A stretch of 64,000 nt of DNA from Trypanosoma brucei (Eukaryota), in assembly GCA_000002445.1 (NCBI GenBank), contig CP000071.1:608001-672000 (forward strand), written 5' to 3'. Under the pieces are notes generated by a model. That model ran no database searches. It worked only from the letters and a program-made list of their open reading frames with translations, and was not told where the DNA came from. Below, piece by piece: positions 9,921-19,301 of the stretch. Each line of letters begins with the position of its first letter. Within the stretch, counting starts at the first letter, position 1. The position numbers and the translations under genes were made by a program.

Positions 9921-11105
9921 CTACAAATGCGGTTTTCTTCCAATATCGCCGTCTTGCGCAACCTCACGAATAATTTTAGCACAACCTTCGAGCTGCTCGA
10001 GGGTGACGAATTCGTTAGCTCCATGCGCCTGCAGAATCGAGCCAGGGCCGCAAACACCAACAGGGATACCGATACCCTGGTAATGTCCAGCTTCCGTGGC
10101 ATACGCAACCTTACGTACCGCGTTATCCCTTGCAATACGACGAAGCAAAATGAGAAAAGGATCTTCCTCATCCGCCTGCTTCAGAGGTGGTGCGCCGACC
10201 ATCTTCACAATTTCAATGCTTGCGCAATCGAATTCCGTCTTCATTAGTGGGAGGAGTTCACCTTCTGCATAGGTTTTGATTTGTTTTTCAATCAAACCCA
10301 AGTCAGTATTTGTTAGGTAACGCATCTCAAATACGAATTCACAAACTGCGGGTACGGTGTTCTCAGCGTTACCACCAGTCACAAGATTGGTTGATATCGT
10401 CGTGTTGGGAACGTCAAAGTATGAATCACACGTTCCGTTGCACCGGAAATCCTCGGCGATTTCGCGTATCTTCACAATGAGTTTAGCGGCATAGTCGATG
10501 GCATTGCAGCTCCGGCGTGTAAGTGCATACGAAGAGTGTGCCGCCTTCCCCTGCACACGAGCGCGGTAAACTGCTATTCCCTTGTGTGCAACAACAACCT
10601 GATTGGATGTTGGCTCCCCAACAATGCATCCGTAAGCCTTGACCCCTTGTTCACGAAGAAACTGGGTTAATACTTGGCCGCCAATACACCCCACTTCCTC
10701 ATCGTACGTCCACGCAAGGTGAATAGGTTTCCTTCGCTTCATTTGAAGAAGCTCTGGTACAAGAGACATGCAAACCGCGATGAAACCCTTCATATCACAC
10801 GTGCCTCGTCCATAGAACTTCCCATCTCTTTCTGTTAGAGTGAAGGGGTCACTCTCCCATTTCTGGCCATCTACCGGGACTACATCTGTATGACCGGAGA
10901 GGATAATTCCACCATCTGTTATCCCACCCTCACCTGCCAACGTTGCCCATAGATTCGCTTTTGTTTTCTCGTCGTTGTACACTAACGTGCTCGGTACGCC
11001 AAGGGCCGTAAGGTAGCTTCTTATGCAGTAAATGAGCTCGAGGTTCGAATTTCGGCTGGTAGTGTCATACGAAACAAGTTTCGCCAACCACTCTCTGCAG
11101 TTCAT
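9921..11105 (-). CDS. M20 family metallopeptidase (acetylornithine deacetylase ArgE/DapE-like)
   Basis: 394-aa ORF with M20 motifs: LSGHTDVVPVDGQKWESDPF (metal-binding His/Asp region), GRGTCDMKG, a catalytic Glu region (YDEEVGCIGG) and the C-terminal HGANEFV. Confidence 0.8.
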   Translation of the reverse strand: MNCREWLAKLVSYDTTSRNSNLELIYCIRSYLTALGVPSTLVYNDEKTKANLWATLAGEGGITDGGIILSGHTDVVPVDGQKWESDPFTLTERDGKFYGRGTCDMKGFIAVCMSLVPELLQMKRRKPIHLAWTYDEEVGCIGGQVLTQFLREQGVKAYGCIVGEPTSNQVVVAHKGIAVYRARVQGKAAHSSYALTRRSCNAIDYAAKLIVKIREIAEDFRCNGTCDSYFDVPNTTISTNLVTGGNAENTVPAVCEFVFEMRYLTNTDLGLIEKQIKTYAEGELLPLMKTEFDCASIEIVKMVGAPPLKQADEEDPFLILLRRIARDNAVRKVAYATEAGHYQGIGIPVGVCGPGSILQAHGANEFVTLEQLEGCAKIIREVAQDGDIGRKPHL

Positions 11106-12029
11106 CTTAGAAAAAGTTTATAGGTGGCCTATCCTAACAAATGTGCGTCCCTTACCTTCTTATATAAGCTGCCTCTAGGTGGTGCACATACAACAAATGA
11201 AAATATATATCATTTTCCTTTTTGTGGCGACAACCCGGCCGCTGTAACGGAGGTTTACGGCACCTTCTCCGAGAACGTAGTGGGGACACAGTCGTTACGA
11301 CAGCCTTGTTCACATCGCCATTGTCATATGCCCGCTATGATGCGACGTAACGGGAGAAATAAAAATGAATGCACCATAAACCCTTAAGAAAATAATGCAT
11401 TCCAACAGACCGAAAAATCCGACGCCACCTGCTGTCTGGTCCCTATTCCACTACAGCCACACACGGTGCACATGATAGAGAGCGGCAAACTTCATAGTGC
11501 GTTAAGTAACAAATGCGATAATTGTTCAATAACAACTCAGAAGCGAACTGCCTGGCGTGAGTAAAGAAATCAGCCCCCCCTCAACTTACCACATTTTTTC
11601 GCCCGCCCATTGTTCGTCACACCCCATGAGCAATGGTGCCTGAGTTCTTTCGGAGCAAACGTCTGCAAATAATAAGGGGGGTTTCGCCGTCTATATCAAT
11701 CGACACAGTGATCGGTAGGTTACCGGGAACTAAACAAAAACATTTTGGGCCTTTTCCAGTTGTGTGGGTCCATACTCGACAAGCACATTCACCTCCTACC
11801 TATCATTTGCAAAAAACAAGTCGAAGCACAAAGTTATTTTGTATATCATCCGATGTTCGTACACGTCTGCCTTCGCATTAACGCAGGGAATAGCAAATAT
11901 ATGCACATTTGCTTTTGAACGCAAAGGAGATACACAATGGATACAAAAACACGTAGCAGGTAACATACCACTTGATAAGTTGAATAGCTGAAGTGAGCTA
12001 TCCAAAAAGATATATGTCAGACGTGTGGT

Positions 12030-12917
12030 TCATCTCCGTCGGTGAATGAAAAAAGGGCCATCCCTCGTACACCATTCCACGCTGCACTCCTGCCAGCGAT
12101 AATCGGTCATGGCGAAAAGCCGGAACGCCTCTGGGTCACGGATCGCAGCGACAGAGCGGCTATGCGGATAAAGATCGTCAAAACATAGTATCCTCGTTCC
12201 GCTTGGAACCCGCCTGAAACGTTCGGAGAGATAGTGAGTCAGGGACTTTGGAAACAACAAGTTCGATAGAAGAATTACGGTTTTACCCCTTTCTGACTCA
12301 AAAAGTCTTTCATCCGCCAAAATCTTTGTCATATCGGAAGTAATTATGTTAACTTCCGGCATGCTTCGTCCCGAAGACCCCTCAAGTTCCGGTCTGATGA
12401 CCTCCCAAGCCTTTTTTGCAACTTTAGCGTTGTGTTCACTTATTTCAATTCCAACACAACGAGCACCAGTTAAAAAAGCTACCTGAAACAAAATAGATCC
12501 ATTACCACACCCCAGGTCGTAAAAGGTGTCTTCGGACGTTATTTCCATTAGGCGAACCATTCGCGAGACAAAGGTAGGTAGCAGGGACTTGGCACATAGA
12601 TGACGTGACCCTGACACTTCCGTTATGCGCTTGATATCTAAGCGTCTGAATGTGGCGTCCAAGAGACGTTCGAAGAAGACGCAGTGGCACTGGTCTGCTA
12701 GACAGTGGTGACAACCGCTTTTGTTGGGGTTACCCCGCAGAGGCAGATTGTACGGTTCATGAGGTGTCCCAGCTCCAAGTTCACCCTTGGGTACCAGTTC
12801 CCCCAATGGTGGTTTAAGTGCTTGTACACGATTCTCAGCCACACATTTGATTTCCCCTATCGGCTTACCTGAAGCCTCGCTTCTGGTACGTTTCCGGGAT
12901 ATTAGCAATCCAGGCAT
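12030..12917 (-). CDS. DOT1A: DOT1-family histone lysine methyltransferase (H3K76 methylation). Size, 295 aa, and synteny suggest DOT1A.
   Basis: 295-aa ORF. SAM-binding motif [28 protein letters not shown] matches the DOT1 motif I (xDLGSGxGxxVxQ). The protein is DOT1-core sized with no SET domain. The symbol rests on remembered T. brucei chromosome 8 synteny and is unverified. Confidence 0.65.
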   Translation of the reverse strand: MPGLLISRKRTRSEASGKPIGEIKCVAENRVQALKPPLGELVPKGELGAGTPHEPYNLPLRGNPNKSGCHHCLADQCHCVFFERLLDATFRRLDIKRITEVSGSRHLCAKSLLPTFVSRMVRLMEITSEDTFYDLGCGNGSILFQVAFLTGARCVGIEISEHNAKVAKKAWEVIRPELEGSSGRSMPEVNIITSDMTKILADERLFESERGKTVILLSNLLFPKSLTHYLSERFRRVPSGTRILCFDDLYPHSRSVAAIRDPEAFRLFAMTDYRWQECSVEWCTRDGPFFIHRRR

Positions 12918-13145
12918 AGATGTATGTAGTTTATAACTATTCTCACTACCACAATGTCATAATTATGAGGCAGATGCATGTTGCCAAGGTAGGATGACAT
13001 CAGAAAAACAATAAGTTTGAAGTTGTAAGCATAAAAAAAAAAGAAGCAAACAGGGTACGAGAAGCCACATAGAAAGAAATTTGCAACAATTATACAGGAA
13101 AATCCGGTAATCGCCCAAACAAAAGAATCTTAGTGGACACACGCA

Positions 13146-13976
13146 CTAATTCTTGAGTGCATCAAGGCGCTTCTGAATTGCCTGTTTTCTCCTTTCAAGA
13201 TGTTTTATGCGAAATTCTTCTTCAGTTGGTAACACGACATCAACAATGAAGGTTTCCTCAGCCATTTGGCTACGCCCAGGCGACGACTCGCTGCCGTGTG
13301 AATACACTGACCTAAGGTTACGCTCGGCCTCAGTTTCAATGCAGCGTAATAAGTCCTCGGAACCGCGTGAAGCAAGCTCCTCGCGGTAGAGAGTAGATGG
13401 TTTTGGCGCATCATCGTCGTCATCATCGGAATTCGATGAAGCATGTGAACCAGACTCCCAACCATCCTCTTCATTTTCCACATGGGCAACGACCTCCTTT
13501 GCATCGTCCCTTTTAGCCTCTGGTAGTCCAGCAGCGCACCCGAAGTAGATCTTTCGTGGAGCAGCCCTTCTGTGGGTTTCACCGTTTAGAGTGGCCAACC
13601 TGCGCTCCCATAAATTCTTCTTGGAAATTAGTTGATTTACTTCATCGTTTTTAGCGCGGACGACGACCTCGCCATGGGTTTCGATACTGACCAACTCAGG
13701 GTTCCGAAGTCGGGCAACCTTGTCTCCAATTTCTTGCTTGGTCTTGAAAATAACAAACTTCACAACATTGACATCGGCAGTTTCGAGTGGGCTAGAGGGA
13801 AGACTGCGTATTCCAAGGCTCGATAACCGCTTCTCATCAGCCTTGCGCTTCGCTAATCGGTAAAGGACGGTATTTTGTCTCTCTCTTTTCCTCGCTAATC
13901 TACCCTCGATTTCCCGCAAGTAGTCTTGCATACTATAAAAATACTGGAAATGAGCAAGTTGCGGATATATATGCAT
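13146..13976 (-). CDS. ISY1-like pre-mRNA splicing factor (NTC-associated), 276 aa
   Basis: Segments resemble ISY1: [43 protein letters not shown] versus human [45 protein letters not shown] versus YKYFGAAKDLPG; the C-terminus [35 protein letters not shown] versus QQKFIAHVPVPSQQEIEEALVRRKKMELLQKY. An acidic D-rich insert is also present. Based on my recollection of human ISY1. Confidence 0.5.
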   Translation of the reverse strand: [276 protein letters not shown]

Positions 13977-14213
13977 TTTTTTTAAAAAAAGAAAAACACG
14001 TTCCCCCTAAAGTAACGTGCAGCGACAAGTTAAACAGAAGAGGCATTGTACCATATAAATGTAGTCCCAGTTAAATCTGTACTAAGGAGGGAAGAGGAAA
14101 AACACTTCTTACCGCTGATTTGCTGAGTACTACTACCCCACTCCCCTCTAATCTTAAGTCAGCGACCTGCCGTACAACTCCCCCAGCGAATCACAGGTTA
14201 TGGGCCGACGCCC

Positions 14214-16103
14214 TTAGTCGGCCTTTCCATAACGATATATCCATCGAACAAACAAAAAACAGGCCAAGAAGCCTACAGATCCAGCTGCTACCGAAAAGAG
14301 AAAACTTAGTAAACCCATATAACCGACATACAAAACTGTGGGAACCATGCCCTCTATTTTCACACTTCCCTCCGTGGCGTAGTAGAGAGTGTAGAGGAAC
14401 AGGTACAACCCTGAGCTTGATCCAATGAAAAACGACTTCCACCACCAACGGTGATCCTCTGCACAAAGAGAATAGTAAATAAAAACTATCGCGGTCTCTG
14501 CGGTAATAATGACAAATAGAACGCCAACTAGGAAGAGGAAGCCGAAAATATAGTAAAATCTGTTCAGCCAGATTGCACCCAAAATAAAATAAGTCTCGAA
14601 AAAAACGGCAGCAAAAGGCGGGACGCCTGCTGATAAAACTGCCAGTGTTGACGAATACCAAGGCTGGGCGGGTATGTGGCGCGGAATCTGGTTGTAATTT
14701 GATGGAACGGATATGGTTCCCTGTTTGAATCCCAACACAGCACCGAAGTACACTAGTGGGAGACTGACAAAGAACCAGATACATACCACCAAAACAACTG
14801 AAGAAAACGGAACGGCGGCACTACTCGACTGAGACCAAACGAGTAGGTTTACCACAAAAAATATGGCAAATGATGACGCCGGTACAATGGTCCCGGTAAG
14901 AAAAACATACATCCACTTTGTTCTATTCCATAGTTTCAGCAGACGCGCTGAAACATACCCACCAGTAACACCAAGGAGAGCAAAGCAAACGAGGAGTGCT
15001 GTGAAAAGGCTGCCGCGGTTTTGTGGGGAGAAAAAGCCCATGGTGGCAAACACGACGACGGTGAACGACATACCTAATAGTTGTACACCAGCGCCGGTAA
15101 AGCACGCAAGAAGCCACCCATTGGGTGGCGGCCGAAAAACATCGCGACACAGTAACTTCCAGCCTATGTCATCTAAATATTCCGTTTCATCTATGTCCAC
15201 ATCGGCTAACTTGCCCAGGTCGCGGCGAACGATACGGACCAGCAAGACAGCAATAACGATTGTGAGAAAGATGACGAGTAAAGTAGAGTTCATAATGGAG
15301 TACCAGTGGTTTTTTTCCTTGTGAACACTTAAATAAATATCCCACCTAGTAGACCATTTTTCTTTACTCTCGATCCACGAAACGCCATAGCTCCATATGA
15401 TCCGGTCGGTATCCGCTGGGAGTGGCGCTATGTTAGATGCAAGGTGACCGTCGAGCGGTTGTGCACAAGGCGCTTCAGATTTGTGCGCTACAGAAGAAGC
15501 CTCAGCAACAAATGTCAAAATACGGTACTTTTCTTCGCCTCCATTTTGTTTAACGTTGTCTGGCGTATAACTGATAGTAAAATGTATGTGGTTGTTAACG
15601 TAACTTCTCCCATCGCGCATAAAACCGAGTGGAACTCCCATTACAAAATTATTGTTCCCACTCGCCTCGGCAAGAGGAAGACCGTCCATGAGAAGGTTAA
15701 TACGGTAATTTTTCTCAATGGCCTTCTTAAGGAACCTCGTCTGCTTATCTTTGTCCACCCCTTTTTCACAGACAACGCTGCAGCTGACGTTGCTGAGCAA
15801 ACGGATGTTTTCATAAGGAGATGTCTTAATCCGATCGCCCATAAGGGAACCTCCAATATTGTTTGATTTCTTTGAGATAGGTTCCTTTGGGCGGCATGTC
15901 GGAAGGGCTTTGTAGTAGTCATACGGTAAGTGGGTTCTGAGTGACGTCAGAACATTAACCTCAATCGGTACCACCTCATTCCGCGCAAATGCATGAGGGT
16001 TGATGCTTGGTAAAAGACAATCAACACTTCCACAAACGGCAATCAACCAAACGGTTAAGCTAACAAGATGTCCATATAGATTGTTGAGAAGCATCGCCAT
16101 CAA
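14214..16103 (-). CDS. Transmembrane 9 superfamily protein (TM9SF/EMP70 nonaspanin)
   Basis: 629-aa ORF with a signal peptide, a luminal N-domain, then nine hydrophobic helices in the C-terminal half. Conserved TM9SF blocks: RPP..GWLLACFTGAGVQLLGM, GGYVSARLLK, FLFLVGVLFVIITAETAIVFIYYSLCAEDHRWWWKSF, LYATEGS. Confidence 0.85.
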   Translation of the reverse strand: MMAMLLNNLYGHLVSLTVWLIAVCGSVDCLLPSINPHAFARNEVVPIEVNVLTSLRTHLPYDYYKALPTCRPKEPISKKSNNIGGSLMGDRIKTSPYENIRLLSNVSCSVVCEKGVDKDKQTRFLKKAIEKNYRINLLMDGLPLAEASGNNNFVMGVPLGFMRDGRSYVNNHIHFTISYTPDNVKQNGGEEKYRILTFVAEASSVAHKSEAPCAQPLDGHLASNIAPLPADTDRIIWSYGVSWIESKEKWSTRWDIYLSVHKEKNHWYSIMNSTLLVIFLTIVIAVLLVRIVRRDLGKLADVDIDETEYLDDIGWKLLCRDVFRPPPNGWLLACFTGAGVQLLGMSFTVVVFATMGFFSPQNRGSLFTALLVCFALLGVTGGYVSARLLKLWNRTKWMYVFLTGTIVPASSFAIFFVVNLLVWSQSSSAAVPFSSVVLVVCIWFFVSLPLVYFGAVLGFKQGTISVPSNYNQIPRHIPAQPWYSSTLAVLSAGVPPFAAVFFETYFILGAIWLNRFYYIFGFLFLVGVLFVIITAETAIVFIYYSLCAEDHRWWWKSFFIGSSSGLYLFLYTLYYATEGSVKIEGMVPTVLYVGYMGLLSFLFSVAAGSVGFLACFLFVRWIYRYGKAD

Positions 16104-18550
16104 CCTGAAGAGGATCTAAATGCAGATTGCAGTGGTAAACGAAAGGAGTTGTTCATTCATAAACACACGTGTATTCACGTACGTATACAGGCCGACAAAC
16201 ATATCCACGGATATGTTCACGTATGCAAGTGCTAAAGAGAATTCATTTTATGAAACGAAAGGACATATTTACAAACAGAACGCTGCACCACAAGGGCAGC
16301 CGCATGAAAGACTCGAGAGTGTCGAAAGAAAGAAAGAAAGGAAACTAACTGTACCGCTCCGGTTTTATTACACAAGCTTGATGTCCAGTAACCACGGTGC
16401 ATGCATCACGCCAACAACACTACCTCACGAACGCCATATTTTCGAGAAGGCCTAACAACAATAAAAGGAGGACCTCCTGCCCAAATCGCAGACGCCGCCC
16501 TACGGTCCAACAACATCAGAAGGGGAGCACCTGTGGTTTCGACCTCCCACGAGGGCCATGGCGGTAGCATCGCTCCGCGACCTTTACATGCAAACGAAGA
16601 ACTTGCGTGTGAGCCAGGTGCCTGGGGAGTGTTGTCCTAGCTGCCTGCCCCCGGGGCTCTGCGCTTACTCACTCCGGCCCCCACGCTGTGTGGCTGGGGG
16701 AGGGGTCGGAGGGCTGACCTGGCCGCCCTTTTATCACTCTCCTCCATCTCCTCCTCCCACTTCCGTTTTGAAACTATCGCCCTGGAAGCGGCGTCGGCGT
16801 TACGGCATGCAAGATCCAAGTCGATCGGAATGCGACTGGGGCGATTCCCAGAAAAAAAAACCAGGCGGCACGAAGTAAAACTTCTTAAACAAAAGGGTCC
16901 CAAAGAGCAGTCAACCAGGTGGGGACATTCAAGATATGGCTTGCGAATGCATTTCTAGGCTAAATATGGAGCCACAGGGACATAATAAAAGCACTAGCTA
17001 GCACAATTTTGATACTTCGGTTGCGCTTGCTTGGTTAACCAGTTGGGCGCGTGGTGCCCGCCAGCTGGTTGGACGGGGTTCTATGGAGTCACCTGGCCGT
17101 CCGTGGAACAACCAAGGGTTTCTGCCCGTTGTACGCGATGCCACCCTTGTGGGGCTCAACTGCCGGGCCCAGTGGCGTTTTTGCTTAGAGATTTCGTCTT
17201 TATAAATGGAGACTCCTGTATCCCCTCCCCACGAGCGGCCGCCGTGGGTTGTGGGCCGAATTGTCGGTGCCCAGCACCCCGTCCTTCGGAATGCACCCAG
17301 AGGTCGTCAATTCCTTTGAGAAGGCTATGTCCGGCCTGGTGGTCGGTGTCCGGCAACCTGATTGGTGGCAGGGTCCGCCGTACTCGCGGAGGGGCACGGC
17401 ATGTACGCCACTTCCTTTGCACAAGCAAGGTGAGTGTTTTTCCCTTGCGTGCCCGTATGTGTTTATCGTGCTCATTTCTTTTTTACGATACTCATTTTTG
17501 TTGGGACAGGGGGGTTGGTGAGTAGATGGGTAGGCCCGTGTGTGGCTGAATAATGGCGTTTGTGTTTTTACCTTTATAGGTAATGTAGGAGGGGAACGAA
17601 TGATTGGACTGAGTTACAATGAAGAAGACTGCTCACTGTTCCGTAGGTGCTAGCGAACCGTGGTTTGAGATGCGTTTTTTTGTTTTTGCGTAGAATTCAA
17701 TTTTCGATGGTTACCGAGGGAGGTCTAGCTGGTGAGCAGTGATCTCGTCGCGACTATTGATGAAAACGACATCAGTTTTATTTTTGTACTTCGCGATCAG
17801 TAGCGTACACCTACGTTATTTATATCTTTATTCCTTTTCGTGGAACCTCGTGAATCCCTTGTGTTTCTGGGGATGGGGTCGTTCCTGCGTTGATGGCAAC
17901 TTGTGGAAGGTTCTTCGTATTTTCAATGATTGACCGTTTTGCGTTTTGATGTTGGGATCTCAGTGCCGAAGAACTGAATGAAGGGAAATCCTTGGACACT
18001 GATAAAGCATATCAATGGTGTTCCAACGGACGGTTAGTCATTTGCCTTTATTGTACATATTCTTTTTTTAAGGTTTGAAAATCTTGGCTGCCTCACCGTT
18101 GAAGTATCAAAGCGGGGCCACATTTGCTTTTGTTACTTATGTTGGATCAGATAGGTTCTGCTGTGTCGGAGCGTTTCACCCCGCCACCGTGCCCGCTTGG
18201 ATGCATGCTTGTCTCCATTGAGTGTGAGAGTCCCAGAAAATAAGGGGTTGGTATATGCTGACGGCACATACCGTTTTTACCTATTCTTTAAAATGTAAGC
18301 AGGGGTTTACCTGTTTCTTACTTACCTATTCTTAACGATGCTGCCTCCTCCCAACGTTGGCCGTGGACATATACTGAAAATATTTTGGAGGAGTGCGCAG
18401 TACAAGATGGAACTTTGGTTGCAGTCCTGCTGATCCATCCATATGCTGTGACAGTGTCAACCGATCTTTTCGGAAAAAGCACGTTGGCTATGACTATTTT
18501 TCATTTGCCATCCCCAACTCTTTTGAAGCCATTGTTGTAATCTAGTCTGC
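16104..18550. promoter_or_regulatory. Divergent strand-switch region between the minus-strand and plus-strand polycistronic units; putative bidirectional RNA Pol II transcription start region
   Basis: All convincing CDS left of 16103 are on the minus strand and all right of 18551 are on the plus strand. The 2.4 kb between has no protein-like ORF. Composition is strand-asymmetric: AC-rich on plus (GT-rich on minus) at 16100-16560, a GC-rich core (>60% GC) with G-tracts at 16560-17430, and GT-rich on plus at 17430-18000. The GT-rich tract lies on the coding strand on each side, consistent with the reported GT-rich Pol II promoter architecture of T. brucei. Confidence 0.6.
16324..16341. repeat. 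(GAAA)4 microsatellite
   Basis: gaaagaaagaaagaaagg read directly. Confidence 0.8.
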
Positions 18551-18988
18551 ATGTTTTCGTTACGGGAGATACTTTCGCAACTTCCCTCCGACGGTGCAAC
18601 TAAATGGATACGGGTTGAGAATGTTAAATCCCCCATGTCAAGTTTGGATGTTTCCCAGTTGTTTCCCGATGCAGTGAGTTGGGATTTTTTGTCGAGTGTT
18701 CAAAGGACAGACTATCTCGTCACTTTTCGGAGTGAATCATTCGCTAGAAAAGCGATGCGAAGTGCATGCGGGTTTTCATACCTTGGTGAGAGGCTCAAGT
18801 TTTCATATGCGGAGCCTGGCGACATTGCAGAAGGCGCATCACCCGCGCGAGTGACAATTGCCCACCCCCGTCTATATTTGCTGCCTCCAGAGTTTTCTTA
18901 TGAGGAGCGAGTAGCTGAAGCAGATCGTATTATTGCATCTGTGAGCACAACCGATTCGTATAACAACGCCTGGGTAGATACCTACTAG
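18551..18988 (+). CDS. Hypothetical small protein (145 aa); first gene of the plus-strand unit
   Basis: ORF track. No recognisable domain. Positioned right after the strand switch. Confidence 0.4.
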   Translation: MFSLREILSQLPSDGATKWIRVENVKSPMSSLDVSQLFPDAVSWDFLSSVQRTDYLVTFRSESFARKAMRSACGFSYLGERLKFSYAEPGDIAEGASPARVTIAHPRLYLLPPEFSYEERVAEADRIIASVSTTDSYNNAWVDTY

Positions 18989-19301
18989 TTGGGCGCACTG
19001 CGGTTACAAGCCGTTTCCCCAATTTTTACCTTTTTGTTTCAATGCGTAACCACTTAATGCAGCAAAAGCGCTTGATCTACTTGTTGAGGCTTATAACCAC
19101 TGTGAATTACGCAATCAAGTAGTATCCACACCAGTCTAAGGTTGAGGTGGCATCTCTACTGTCTACCACTCCCCTCTTTAAAGCTGCCGCTGTTGTTGAT
19201 GTTTTCTCTTCATCTTTGGATACACGGCAAAACAAGTGTGGTTTAGATTATCACTTGCAAGTAAAGAACTTAACTGTGTGTGTTTTTTTAAAGCAACTAA
19301 C

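Noticed and set aside
14191-14784. 197-aa minus-strand ORF overlapping the 3' part of the TM9SF gene in another frame
   Set aside because: It is an alternative frame of a well-supported gene, with a Cys/Arg/Phe-rich composition and no independent evidence.
17031-17525. 164-aa plus-strand ORF inside the strand-switch region
   Set aside because: The composition is Cys/Arg/Pro/Gly/Trp-rich, as expected from translating GC-rich non-coding DNA. No motif is present, and it sits where no polycistronic unit is defined.
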